Shown: one piece after another, positions 25,771-39,437 of the stretch
Layout of the letters: each line of letters starts with the position of its first letter
Position numbering within the stretch: the stretch's first letter is position 1
DNA from: Octopus vulgaris
Taxonomy: Eukaryota
Assembly (NCBI GenBank): GCA_951406725.2
Contig: OX597819.1
Span: 36,456,001-36,520,000 of the forward strand
Length of the DNA: 64,000 bases
Direction of reading: 5' to 3'
The notes under the pieces: generated by a model
The model's input: the letters and a program-made list of their open reading frames with translations, nothing else
The model's database searches: none
Told to the model about the DNA's origin: nothing
Program-made: the position numbers and the translations under genes

Positions 25771-27525
25771 TGTAGGATCTTAAAATGAATTTGATGCATT
25801 TTCATTTTTTTTTGTTGCTTCGTGCAATTATAGAAAGATGTGTAGCAAATTTGGTTAACTTTTGCGGGAAATCACTGTTATATACCGAATCAGTTTGGTA
25901 TAATATTTTAAAATAGAGTTAATAAATCACTTTTGCTTTGTTTAACAATCGAAAGGTGTGTAATAAATTTGTGTAATAAATTATTCGTATGAGTAATTTG
26001 TTAAAATTTAAATTTTTCAAATAATTGAGATTTAAAGTCGCTATTATCCGTTATCGGATCGTAATAACTAATACGTTGATGTTAACATAGCTGACTGGAT
26101 AAGATAAGAGCTGAACAAACTAGACTAGACATGTAGAGAAAGGTAATCAATCCAAAACAAACAAACGACCTGTTGTTATTTAAGTAAAGCTTAACTTTCT
26201 GATAAGAGACCCATTTATAACATTGTTTTAGTAGTTCTCCGGATTTACAATTCTTCTTTGTCATATAATTGTATTTATATCTATCATATTTCTTTGTTTT
26301 ATCTAATTATATTTCGCTGCCTTATCATTTATTATAAGTTTAAACGGTTAACCCTTTAGCAGAGAAATTAAATTTCATGGTTAATCCAGTAATGACGCTA
26401 GATATCTACCAGAAAAGAAGAATACGTATTTTGTGCAAGTCACGTCGTTTCAATAAAGTTGAGATATCTCAACGACATTCTTAATTAAAAGGTAATGAAA
26501 TTTTGACAGAATATATCTGATTTCAGCAGTAAAAGGGTTGAAGTACTGAATCTCTAGCTAAACCGGCCTGCAATAAAAAATGCTGCGTTTATGGCCATGA
26601 ACATTTACAGAATAACTCTTAGTCAACCTTGCTGTAAATAGGTACTATGAGTAGGTAGAGCACATTTTCGAAAGTGGCGGGGTAAACTGACTGCTATATC
26701 GATGAGAAGTTTGTTAACTTGGAGTGATGAGTTTCAGACTTTTGTAAGTGGACGAGCAACGGGAAGCTACATCATCACTCCTGTAATTTCCCTTCCAAGA
26801 GATCTTGAATTAAACAAAAGTTGTTGCTGCTGTTGCTTAGCTGCGAATCCACTTTGAGTGAGTAGACTGTTGATCAAGAGTTCTATCTACGACCACCCCC
26901 ACCTTTATTATATCTAAGATTTTATGTTCCACTACTCCCCATTGCCGCCGCAGGATTTTGTTTGTCCGAAATGAAGTTCCTGTGCGTGAAATAGATTATC
27001 GTGACTGTAACGTGCAGAGAACTGCACTGACTTTTCAGATAGAACAGCTTTTCTCCTGGCAGCTCAGCATTGACTGGAACAGCCACAAGAATGGTTCTTA
27101 GGTTTTACATCAGTGTATCCTCTTAGAGAGACGTTTGAACAAGAACTAGGAAACTATCGCTTCCGAGTAGTCTTGCTGGCTGCTCGTTCCATACCACGAG
27201 TATTTCTGTCTCCGTATAAAAGACACACACATTTCAGGGTTTTTCCATTTGAGGTTCCTGAATAAAATTATGCACACACTCATGTATACACACGGAATTC
27301 ACACACACAGACACAGATAAACAGTAATAAAGCATACATATTTGAGTTCTATTGTGACACGCACACCCACGAGTGCAAGTATATGCATGCAGGAACAGGT
27401 GCGCACAACACGCACTCAGATATGCATACATCAACCAATTCTGTTAAAAACAACCACACAAAGCTGTTTTGACTTAAAATGACCGGTTTGAATTCTGCAA
27501 AGGGAAAAATAAATCCCAAAGCAGA

Positions 27526-27568
27526 TCATACATACATACATACACACATACATACATACATACATACA

Positions 27569-27602
<34 letters not shown>

Positions 27603-27950
27603 CATACATACATACACACACACATACATATGTACATACATACTTACATACACCAATACATACACACATACATACATACATACATACATACATACATACA
27701 TACATACATACATACATACATACACACATACATGCATATATACATACATACATACTTACATACATACATACATACATACATATATACATACATACATACA
27801 TATATACATACATACATACATACACACACACATACATATATACATACATACTTACATACACCAATACATACATACATACATACATAAATACATACATATA
27901 CATACATACATACATACATACATACATACATACATACATACATACATGTA
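27526..27950. repeat. (CATA)n tract with internal duplicated variants
   Basis: catacttacatacaccaatacat recurs about 208 bp apart. Confidence 0.9.
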
Positions 27951-28389
27951 TAATTATTATCTTCTACGTACATTTCTCTAGAATTTTAATTCGTCTTTTA
28001 TTATGTCATTGTATGCTTTATGTTTTATTTATAATTATTTTTATTTCTTTTATTGTAACAAATTTATACTAAATGTTTTAAGCGTAAATTCAAGGTGTTA
28101 TATGCAAAATTTATATTTTTATATGATATATTTATGTTACTAAATTTTTAAATTTTTAAACGCCGGGCTTTATAGATATAAATGAATATATGAATATATG
28201 TGTGTTTGATCTTTCTGTGGATTTTGTAATGTTCCTGTGGTTGTTGCTCGCATTGCCTCCCCTCGGATAAAAAAGCGTACATACATACATACATACATAC
28301 ATACATACATACATACATACATACATACATACATACATTCATTCATACATACATGCATACATAGATACATACATGTGTGCACGCATGTG

Positions 28390-28715
28390 AAATTACGTAC
28401 ATTCGTACATACAAGAAAAAATGTTCGCTTGTGGATATCAGTTACTCTCTGGACATGAATGTGGTCAGAAAACGACGCAGGAGAAGGTCATCTATGGGGC
28501 ACTGATAAGGAATTTGCAAATCCATTATCTAAAATACACTTTCAGTTTAGCACCTATTATTATTGAAACAAGAGGACACGTACTAACTCACCGGCAGCAA
28601 AGTATAGCTGACCTTATGTTCTTAGTGGGGTGAATGCAACTCCTTACTTCATACGCTACAAATGATCACAGTGCCTGTGGCGAAGAAGACTTGCAAGACC
28701 TTCTTAAGATTTAAA
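28390..28715 (+). mobile_element. Degenerate RLE-type (R4-like) retrotransposon C-terminus
   Basis: LVDISYSLDMNV...EKVIYGALIRNLQIHYLKYTFSLAPIIIETRGHV...KTCKTFLRF resembles a restriction-like endonuclease tail; follows a (CATA)n tract. Confidence 0.6.
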
Positions 28716-28811
28716 GGATGAACAAAACAAGATGTCCTCCTTGACAGCGTTGCTACCAAGCAAGTGGACGGTCAAAATAAACCCCAAGTTATAAAAGAAA
28801 AAGGAAAAATT

Positions 28812-28863
<52 letters not shown>

Positions 28864-28872
28864 TACACACAC

Positions 28873-29167
28873 GTGGAGGCACATGGCCTAGTGGTTAGAG
28901 CAGTGGACTCACGCGGTCGAGGGATCGCGAGTTCAAATCTCAGACCGGGTGATGTGTGTGTTTATGAGCGAAAACACCTAAGCTCCACGCGGCTCCGGCA
29001 GAAGGTAATGACGAACTTCGCCGCAACTTTCTCTCACTCTTTCCTCCTGCATCTCGCAGCTCACCTGCGACGGACCGGCGTCCCGTCCAGGTGGGGAACC
29101 TATACGCCAAGGAAACCGGGAAACAGGCCCTTATGAGTCAGGCATGGCTCGAGAAGGAACGAATAAC

Positions 29168-29170
<3 letters not shown>
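28873..29170 (+). mobile_element. SINE family C head with tail type 3
   Basis: gtggaggcacatggcctagtggtta...gagttcaaatctcag; tail gcgacggaccggcgtcccgtccagg...gaaaccggga; inserted in (CA)n. Confidence 0.8.
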
Positions 29171-29212
<42 letters not shown>

Positions 29213-29214
<2 letters not shown>

Positions 29215-29631
29215 TTAAAGCAGTTCTAATAATGTAAACGTTATCGATGTCACATACATATGTATTATGTTTATGCGCCCATTAGCTGCGGGTTAGCGTC
29301 CTGGGAAACGCTACTTGATACTGAGTGTTAAAAAGCACTGAATATTTCAGGCCAAGCGTGACAACCCGCCTCGGATGAACGAGAACCGTGGACATCGATA
29401 TTTCGCTGTCTGTCAGCTCCTCAGCACCATACACACGACTCTCCCGGTAGCGAACCGAATCGCTGATCTGAGATATTGCAAATAGTGTAAAGCTTGTTTA
29501 CTGATGTGCTTAGGCGTAGCACAAGTGAAACAAAATGAAATTTAGAATTAAATGCAGTTCTAATAATGTAAACATTATCGATATCAAATGCGTACTGTAT
29601 GTGTTTTGTCTGTACGCTCATTAGCTGCAGG
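29213..29631 (-). mobile_element. Candidate retrozyme: about 334-bp unit plus about 80-bp terminal direct repeat, with internal hammerhead
   Basis: gcagttctaataatgtaaac...cattagctgc at 29220 and at 29554; hammerhead at 29386-29429. Confidence 0.6.
29386..29429 (-). ncRNA. Type I hammerhead ribozyme, intact core
   Basis: Reverse complement gtg-CTGAGGA-gctg acaga cagc-GAAA-tatcgat-GTC-cac; perfect 4-bp stem II, palindromic atcgat in stem III, GUC cleavage triplet. Confidence 0.8.
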
Positions 29632-29937
29632 ATAGAGTTTGTCTAGTTTTATACACACTAGCAAACCGCAAGTAATACAGTGATGTAAGCAGATAGAGAG
29701 AAGTGTCACAGATGTTAGTTGAGTGAGTGTCACACAGGAAAAAAGTTTGTAATTTTCTTATCGACATTAATGTAGTTACGTTGTTAAAGATTTCAATGGT
29801 TATTTTGAAATTTAATGCTGTCTGCCATTAGAAATTGAAATAACAACAGTTACATCTCAATTCTGTCTGTAATTAGATAGAACCAGGCAGTATGGTTGGA
29901 TTATGTAAATATTGGAAATCGATTATACATAACGATG

Positions 29938-30410
<473 letters not shown>

Positions 30411-30654
30411 TCATCATCTATGTTTGTACTTGCGAAATGCCACGTGATGTGATATAGTTTGTAATCAGGTTTGAATAATGCTACGTTGGTAAGTAAAAGT
30501 TTTTTTCTCTCGTACATAAAGCAGAAGAGATAATAAACCAGTTACTGATTTAGGCTCGAAGAGTCGGTAATAATTCTAAAGAAAACGTTCAAAAAACGTC
30601 ATTTTAAACGGCCCTCTACACCTGGTGGGTCTGATATTGATTTTGTCATCTTCC

Positions 30655-30685
<31 letters not shown>

Positions 30686-31123
30686 TGTATGTATGTATGT
30701 ATGTATGTATGTATGCATGCATGCATGTATGTATGTATGTATGTATGTATGTATGTATGTATGTATGTATGTATGTATGTGAGCAGATTTGTATGTTTCG
30801 TTTTATGTATGTTTTCTCTTGTATATAGTTGTATGTTTAGACATGCTCATATATACCTAAATGATAAATTCTTGGAAAGTTTTACAGATTTTCACAGTTC
30901 CGGTGATGGCTTGGATCTGAACGCCCTGTGTGTGTGTGTGTGGGGGGGGGGTTGCATAATGTCTCTTCGCATAACCAGATGTAATTTTTCTTTTCAGTTA
31001 CGTTGTTTTGAAGCGTTGCTGTGATTTCTACCTTATAGACAACGAAGTTTATCATATATGCCTGGTCAAGAGGGCAAACTTCAGTGCAGGGTTTTGACAA
31101 GTGGGCTAAGAGTTATGCTTACG

Positions 31124-31334
31124 GCAAGCTGGCAGAATCGTTAGCAAGCCGGGCGAAATGCGTCAGCCGTTATGTTCTGAGTTCAAATTCCGCCGAGGTC
31201 GACTTTGCCTTTCATCCTTTTGGGGTCGATAAATAAAGTACCAGTTATGCACTGGGGTCGATGTAATCGACTTAATCCCTTTGTCCGTCTTTGTCCCCTC
31301 TATGTTTAGCCCCTTGTGGGCAATAAAGAAATAT
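31124..31334 (+). mobile_element. SINE family B with 13-bp TSD
   Basis: TSD agttatgcttacg at 31111-31123 and 31335-31347. Confidence 0.9.
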
Positions 31335-31357
31335 AGTTATGCTTACGAGTAATATTG

Positions 31358-31478
31358 TTCTTCAAAATGGAGCAGTGACTGTATGACATTTTTTATTCAG
31401 TGTCTATTAAAAATCTTCCTGTAATTTTAATAGACGTCCAATAAAAATATCTTACTGTCGCAGCCCCATTTTGAAGAA
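31358..31478. repeat. Imperfect palindrome (possible short foldback MITE)
   Basis: ttcttcaaaatgg...tctattaaaa / ttttaataga...ccattttgaagaa. Confidence 0.7.
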
Positions 31479-31528
31479 AATTATCACATTATTATTGAAA
31501 AACGCTTATCTAAAAGTGACAGGAATTT

Positions 31529-31986
31529 CGGATCTTTTCAGTTTGAACGGCATTTTTTTCTAGCGGTGTCATATGAAATTGTCACCCATAATTATGACCC
31601 TAGTATCGATCTATTGCATTTCAATCTGTTTTAGGGTTAGGGTTAGTTAGGGTTAGTTAGTGTTAGTTAGGGTTAGGTTTAGGGGTGGGGGGAAGGGTAT
31701 CTTTTTTCCTTCACAAATGTAAATAAACCCAATCTGTTTCTTAAACGAGGGATATATTCATACGGCACAGAATGTTTTTTTTTTACCTCAATAGACGTAT
31801 TTGATTGGTTGAAATTGCAGAAATTGAAGGAAAAAACAACAAATATCTTACAAACCATAGAATTTTCTCAATAAAGCCAAGAGAAAAAGATGTTTTATAA
31901 ACACATTCTACCAGTATACGAAGTTTAAAATTTTTTAGTTACCTAGAAATTATGTTAAAAACTGCCGTTCAAGCCAAAAAGATCCG
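31529..31986 (+). mobile_element. MITE copy 3 with an expanded internal TTAGGG-like tract
   Basis: cggatcttttcagtttgaacggc...gccgttcaagccaaaaagatccg; ttagggttagggttagttaggg... at 31631-31685. Confidence 0.85.
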
Positions 31987-32388
31987 CGGCTTCAAAGGTA
32001 AGGTATATTAAATCCTTTCAAGTAAAAATATGAATTCTGTAGCTAGAATAGGCATCCACGAAATTTGATGTAGCGCTTAAGTTTGTTACAATCAGTCGAC
32101 ATGTTAGCGATAAAGTATGATCGAGAGAAATGGAAATAGATACATACACACACAGTGAGAGGGGGAGGGGGAGAGAGTGGGGGAGAGAGAGAGGGAGAGA
32201 AAGAGAGAGATAGAGGGAAAGAAAGAGAAGAAAAGATACAATGAGAGAGCTAGAAGTGATAGAGAGAGCACGCAGGGAGGAAAAAATATGCAGCAAGAGA
32301 GCAAAAGAGATTGAGACAAAGAAAAACGTAGAAAAAGAAATAGGCAGTGATATGGAGAGAATTTGAGAGAAAATTAAATAGATAATGC

Positions 32389-32456
<68 letters not shown>

Positions 32457-32669
32457 CGAAATAGCAATAGCTTTCTTTCAAAAGAAAGAGAGAGAGAAGC
32501 TGGACATGCACTCAAATGCACACTTTATCAAATATATAATAGATATTACACACACATACATACATACGCAAATATATTCTTTTTACTATAAGCACAAGGC
32601 CTGAAATTAGGGCGCGGGAGCTAGTCGATTACATCAACCCCAATGCGTAAGCTTATATATATATATATA

Positions 32670-32785
32670 AGGCGTTTTTCAGATGGCCAGATAACCGAAG
32701 AGATGCTGTTGTGGATTACCACCTTGGCATCCGAAACTCAGAGTTTTATCTTGGCTATTGAATAATTGTCACATATTATTTTACA
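32670..32785 (+). mobile_element. Solo PLE 3' terminal fragment with hammerhead (related to 14052-14145)
   Basis: atggccagataa-CCGAAGA-gatgc...gcatcc-GAAA-ctcagag-TT-ttatcttggctat, then ttgtcacat as in the 14.1-kb element; flanked by (TA)n. Confidence 0.7.
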
Positions 32786-32917
32786 GATATATATATATAT
32801 ATAAACACATACATGTACATACATATATATATTTATATATGTATATATATATATATATACATATATATTTATATATGTATATATATATATATATATATAC
32901 ATATATATTTATATATG

Positions 32918-32957
<40 letters not shown>

Positions 32958-32969
32958 TATTTATATATG

Positions 32970-33016
<47 letters not shown>

Positions 33017-33053
33017 CTCTTTCTGTCTGTCAAATTGTGTCTATCTCTATCTT

Positions 33054-33174
<121 letters not shown>

Positions 33175-33177
33175 ATA

Positions 33178-33386
33178 AAATGTGACTGCGTGTGTACCGT
33201 TGGCGATTTTTTTTCCTCCGTCTTCCCTTCTTTGGATCGTTCCTTTTCCTATGTTTCTGACGAAGAGCTCCGCTCGAAACGTTAAACCCTCCTTCTTTCC
33301 TTCTTTCCTGAGCGTCCAACAATACTATACTTGTTCCACGTCCTCGCGTTGTTGTGTTTTCTCTTTGTCTTTTCGTGTTTGGATTA

Positions 33387-33390
<4 letters not shown>
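33178..33390 (+). mobile_element. PLE-type terminal fragment between (ATCT)n and (TA)n tracts
   Basis: Contains a minimal hammerhead; its 3' end is shared with 14196-14292 and 54390-54450 (minus strand). Confidence 0.65.
33253..33287 (+). ncRNA. Minimal type I hammerhead ribozyme, intact core
   Basis: gttt-CTGACGA-a-gagc tcc gctc-GAAA-cg-TT-aaac. Confidence 0.8.
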
Positions 33391-33439
<49 letters not shown>

Positions 33440-33852
33440 TCATACACACACTATGTGTGTGGATATGTGGGAGTAAAAAACGTGTAGAAACAGAAGAGAC
33501 GACGTCAAATCCAATTTTTTGAAATCCATCGTAGACAGTGGTAGTGACATAATTGTCATACACATTCTGTTAATTAATCTAATTAACTCTTCAACTTGTA
33601 AAACCTTAATTCCTTTTGACGACCCAAACACTAATGATTTAATGAAGTCCAGTTTTATTCTCAATGCCCTTGATTCTATTTAATACAGATTTGCTTTTGT
33701 TTACGTGTGATACTAGTCTTTTCGTAACTACTTCCTTTCTCATTGACAACTACATGATAAAGACGTAGACACTCAATAACGAATAGAACACCACAAGTAA
33801 TTTACACTGCCGTATGTTAACCCTTTGAACGCGGATAGCCATTATATTGCTC

Positions 33853-34072
33853 GCGAGCTGGCAGAACCGTTAGCACGCCGGGCGAAATGCGTAGCCGTAT
33901 TTCGTCTGCCGTTACGTTCTGAGTTCAATTTCAGCCGACTTTGTCTTTCATCCTTTCGGGATCGATAAATTAAGTACCAGTTACGCACTGGGGCCGATGT
34001 AACCGACTTAATTCGTTTGTCTGTCCTTGTTTGTCCCCTCTATGTTTAGCCCCTTGTGGGTAATAAAGAAAC
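33853..34072 (+). mobile_element. SINE family B
   Basis: Colinear with 15419-15650. Confidence 0.9.
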
Positions 34073-35620
34073 ATATCTTTGACTGTGGAAAACGGTTTTA
34101 CCCCACGGCTTTGAAAAGCCCTCTATTCATGATACGGGAAGTGAGGATATCCCCAGTGGCATTGTCTACAAAAGACGATTTTTCAAATTGTCTTAATATT
34201 TTTTACATATTTCATCAACATCTCTTTACAGAGCAAGAATCAAATACTTTTAGTGGTGCGTATGTAAACCGTACCTCGAGGAGGTACTGAAAAATTATTA
34301 CAGAAGTAAAGAATATCAATTCTATCTTTTGGTGGATAAATTAACATTATTACGGGAATGAACATGAAATTTAATTACGCAGTCAAATGGTTAACTTCCT
34401 GAGGACTAGAATCAAAACATGCAATTCTGTTTCATATAATGCCAGTTGCATTATAAATGAGCGAATTCGGGCGATGGATTAGCACAAGCGTTACAGCGTC
34501 TGACGAAATGTTATGTAGTATTTCCTTTTCTATACATTCTGAATCCAAATCGCAACGAGGTCAATTTTGTCAAGTACTGGATTCGATGTAATCGCTCAGC
34601 TCCTCTCTCAGTTTTCAAGCCATCTACCTCTGCTAGAAATATTCCTACTGATCTAATCAAAAACCATATAGCCTTAGCAAGCTCTAGTACTGAAGGTGGT
34701 TGAGGCCTTATAGCAGACGTTTTCAATCAATTACAGTGTTGCAGCGCACTTGTTCTCAAGTGTGCCGAGGGATTTTGAATCGGATCAGAAAATATTAGGG
34801 TACTAGAGAAAACTCGAATGTTATTTAATGCATTCACACAAGTGCACGTGAATTCTTTTGAGACATAACAGCAAAATTCTGCTCAAGTTTTTACCATATC
34901 ATCTTATGAAGAATGAAAGACACATGAAATAATATAAGCATAAAAACAGTGTTCGAAGTAAAAAAAAAAAGATGCTATGGTAATGTTTTTCACCACAATT
35001 TTCACTGGCCAGAATTGTGATAAGAATAATAAACAACAGCAAAAACAACAAACTACAACAACAGCTACAACAACTGCCTGATGCATAAGAAGCTGAACTA
35101 TAGTGAACCATCCCATAACAAACTGTATATTAAAGCAATTTCAGCTGCAACTGAAGATTTCCAACATGTATCATTACACCTCTACCAACTTGTGCGGATA
35201 ATTACTCTTCGAACCAACAAATTGCCTTCAACAGCTAGATATCCTTCAAAGGACAGAACTACTTTAAAGGGCAGAACTACTGAGATTCTTGAATTGCTTT
35301 CATATAGCAAAAAGATAAGATGGTCCTAGCTGCAATACATTTCATTATAAAACAACAATAACAATATATGTCTTTGTAATGCTTTGAATTCATCCAATAA
35401 TTGAAGTTCAGTTCTCCCGCTGGCCAGCTCTAGAGCAACACTTCAATTCCTAGTAGAAGTAGTTTCACCAGTTATCTCTCTCTAAAGGCAAAATATTCTG
35501 CAGATTATTTACATTATTTCCGATATTTCTTGCAAAGAAAACCAATGGTTCGACGGATGGTTTCTTTTCTTTAACAACCTACATATTTGATTTCATATGT
35601 TTGTAAGCTGCAACCAATTA

Positions 35621-35812
35621 CGAGGGGGCGTTGAAATGTTCCTGGCTTTAAGGGTATCGCTAAAAACATAGTCGGAGGCCAAAGAAAAACTGAAGAACCG
35701 CTGCAATAAGTGTGTGAATTTGAGAGGGGAATATGTTGAATAAAATTATCATAATTAACTGATCCTCATGCATTTTCTTTTACTCCAAACCACCAATTTT
35801 TCAGCACCCTCC
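35621..35812 (+). mobile_element. Mariner deletion derivative (MITE)
   Basis: ta-cgagggggcgttgaaatgttcc left end; transposase C-terminal remnant RCNKCVNLRGEYVE*; degenerate right TIR. Confidence 0.6.
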
Positions 35813-36209
35813 CTCACCATACACAAAACATGTTAGTGGCCATACAACTGTTCTTGATTGCTCCAGGTCATTTTTTTTTCTCAATCGCATAGATGAAGAT
35901 GATGCATCGACTCTTACAACCCGATTTATACACATTTATTCAAAGCTGACACTTCCCCGTTGTTGCTATTTAGAGTTTGTTTTGCCTTCACTGCGCATTG
36001 TATTACAATTCAAACGACATTCGTTCATACATATTTTTAAATATACATGTTATAATATAGTGTATAAGTATTTCAAAATAAACATTTGATCAAAATAAAC
36101 GTGCTCCAAATAGATTTTACACTAACGGGCATAAAGATCAGATAGATCAATGTAAATAGTTTATTTTTGAGTATTGAGTTACGCAAATATGCATAAATAA
36201 AAACATAGA

Positions 36210-36270
<61 letters not shown>

Positions 36271-36317
36271 TATATGAATAATAATAATAATAATAATAAT
36301 ATATATTGTATTGTATA

Positions 36318-36351
<34 letters not shown>

Positions 36352-36353
36352 TG

Positions 36354-36394
<41 letters not shown>

Positions 36395-36399
36395 ATATA

Positions 36400-37202
36400 T
36401 AGGCTGCGGTGAATAAACTGTTGTCTAAATTACGCAAAAATGAAAATACCATTGATATCTCATTTTAACAGATATAATTACTAAAATTACATAAAGATAT
36501 CTTGAAATACTAAAGAGTAAATTTATTCAATAACATCGCCATTGGCTTCAACCACTGTCTCCAGACGACTTGGGAATCTCGTGTAACTCTTCTGGAGAGT
36601 CTCTGTGTTTAAGTTGATGAATGCTGCCATAATCTTCGCCTTCAGTTCATCTTTGGTGTTACAAGCAGTTTTGTTGGTCATTCGTTCAATTGCGCCTCAC
36701 ATATAATAATCAAGGGAGTTGCAGTCTGGGGCGTTAGGTGATCAGATGTTAGGGGTGGTATGGCCGCAGAAATTGTCTGACAGCCATGACTGGATTCTCC
36801 TACTTTCCAGTAGCCAACCTTTTCACCCAAGCACTTGATGTAGGCCCCCGTGTTGAGTCTTAGGCCGTGTGGGAATATGAATGGAGACATAATGTCGCCA
36901 TCACTAGTGATAATTCCAAACACCATGATGTTAACTGAATGTTTGATTTTTATCACATTCGGTACATGTTTTGGGGACACGGCAAGCCAACAGTTGTTTT
37001 GTGTGTTCACCATCTGATCGTATCGGAGCTTCAGGCGCGAATGCCAAGCAGCACAGCAAGTCATTTCCAAATTTCTGGCAGAGTGAATTGCGTAAGGGCG
37101 CTGTTTTCCTCACAGACGATGCCCAACTGACCCTGTAGTCGACAAACCCCAAAACAAACATTACGCCTACGTGAAATTAAAAATAATATACATCGCAGCC
37201 TG
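36400..37202 (-). mobile_element. Tc1/mariner superfamily element (maT/DD37D-like), internally deleted pseudogene
   Basis: TIR-like ends taggctgcggtgaata / tatacatcgcagcctg-ta; remnants NTQNNCWLA, IMVFGIITSDGDIMSPFIFPHGLRLN, SPNAPDCNSLDYY, RLETVVEANGDVIE*. Confidence 0.8.
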
Positions 37203-37206
37203 TATA

Positions 37207-37249
<43 letters not shown>

Positions 37250-37277
37250 GTGTGTTTGTGCGTGTATATATGTGTAC

Positions 37278-37364
<87 letters not shown>

Positions 37365-37799
37365 CATACATATATATACATATATATATGGAAAAAAGTC
37401 AAGATAGAAATGCAAAAATAATTATATATATATATGTATACATATACTCAGATGCATGTGTATGTGAGATAAGCATCGATAGATTAATAACACAATTTCT
37501 TAAATTACATAGAATTAAAAAAAATATTCGAACCTGTTCACTAGAAAACCATTCACTCCAGTACAGTGACAGAGACATACATCATCCGATAACGTTAACA
37601 TGACACCTACCGCAAAATTTCCGGGATTGTTCTGATTCAATGATCAACTGTTACTTACTCTTCAATGAGTCCCAACATGCATTGAAATGAACGATTTCTC
37701 TTTAAAGATAAGCACTGTTCTTCTATCCTCGTTGACACTTACCACGGCATTTAAATCACCTTATGTTTAGTACGTTTCCAGGTGCGTAGCAAATTTTGA

Positions 37800-38760
37800 A
37801 ATAATACTTTCTACTATAGGCACAAAAGTGTGAAATCTTTGTGGAAAATTACAGCGACCGCAGTGCTTAACTGATACGTATATTTCATCGTTCACGAAAA
37901 GATGAAAAGCTAAGTCGACCTCAACGTCATTTGAACACAGAATGTAAAGGTGGGAGAAATACCAATAAGTATTTTGTCTGATGCGGTTGCGATTTTGCCA
38001 GTCCGGCGCCTTAGATTTTGAAGTAATCCTTTCTACTTTAGGCATAAGGCTTGAAATTTCAAAGGAAGGATATAGTCAATTATCGTAAATCCTCGAGTAT
38101 AGTCCGCCCTTGAGTATAATACGCAGGGGATTTTTAGGGGGCTGTACTTCTGAAAAACCCAAACCCTGTGTATAATACGCACCCCTCCTCTAACTTGAGT
38201 CAAGGAGGTCTATATAACGTCCTTGGTTTGTAAAACAGTATACGGTTATTGTATATATGACATAATGCAAACGTGTAGCTTTCTTGTGCATTTTGTTTGC
38301 AGAAAATAAATAAATAACAGTAATAATAGTAATAACGTTTAATAAATGTTGCTTACTGCAAGTTATGGATGATTTTTTTATGACTTCATTGTTTTCAGGC
38401 TTAGCTTAAGGTATTTTCGCGCCCGACATCACAAAATGCGTCTGAATAAACATTGCTGGACAGCAAATAGAGACTCGGACATTGCTTAGAAAATATTTTT
38501 CATTTTTAACCTCGTATATAGTACGCACTAGCGATTTTGACCGTTAAATTTTTGGAAAAAAATGCGGATTATATTCGAGGATTTACGGTACATCTACCCT
38601 TGTGCTTGACTAACACTTATTTCATCGATCCCGAAAGAACGAAAGGCAAAAATCAACCTCGGTGGTATTTGAACTCAGAATGGAAAGCCGGAAGAGATGT
38701 TGCTAAGCATTTTGTCCGGCGCGGTAACTATTTTGCCAGTCCCCCACCTATCTTAAATTT
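37800..38760 (-). mobile_element. Diverged SINE family B copies (one split by the 38083 MITE)
   Basis: tagtcaatta|catctaccc junction restores the SINE motif tagtcgattacatcgacccc. Confidence 0.65.
38083..38588. mobile_element. Tc2/pogo-type MITE with TA TSD
   Basis: ta-tcgtaaatcctcgagtatagtccgc ... gcggattatattcgaggatttacgg-ta. Confidence 0.85.
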
Positions 38761-39406
38761 TGAAATAATTAAATATACATTACTCTCACACCCATCCCAA
38801 ACTTTCGTACACTTTTATTTCACGCAGTCTCTCCAACATTTTTACCACCATCTGCAGTTACTGACTTGTTTGGTCGAATACAAGAGTTCAAAAAGAAATT
38901 TTTTTAAAATGTCATATCTAAATTAAGCAAATACATTAGCACCGAATTCTCCGCTGAAAATGAATAAAATTAGCAGAACCATCATGCCAAGCTTATCCAA
39001 AAATATTCCCAAAGTCAGCAAATATCCATTTTTGCCAAATCTTTCAACATTTAACAAAGCCCACCCTGACATTTCAATAAGATGATTAGAATCTTTGTTT
39101 GAAATAGAATATCACTAAAAGGTCAAAACCTCTGAAATAAATTTACTTACCCGTACATGAGACTTCGTAGAAATATTTCTTCTCTGTGTACGCACATATG
39201 CGAATACGACCACATTCACGCTTTGTAGTTAGATGTCTTTCGATGTAATTGCAATTTGCATTGATATTAAAATCATTCTGACCAAAGCAAAACTGCTTCA
39301 AATAGATATAACACTGACGGACAGAAAACTGAGATCAATTTAAATACTTTTATTTTTAGACATTGAGTTATTAAACTCACACAAACACACGTATATTTAT
39401 ACATAC

Positions 39407-39437
<31 letters not shown>

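Noticed and set aside
26722-26782. Hammerhead-like ggagtgatga...gaaactcatcactcc (minus strand)
   Set aside because: The core lacks the CU of CUGAUGA and stem II does not close; may be only a 10-bp inverted repeat
31631-31685. Telomere or chromosome-fusion scar
   Set aside because: The TTAGGG run is internal to a dispersed MITE present in three copies
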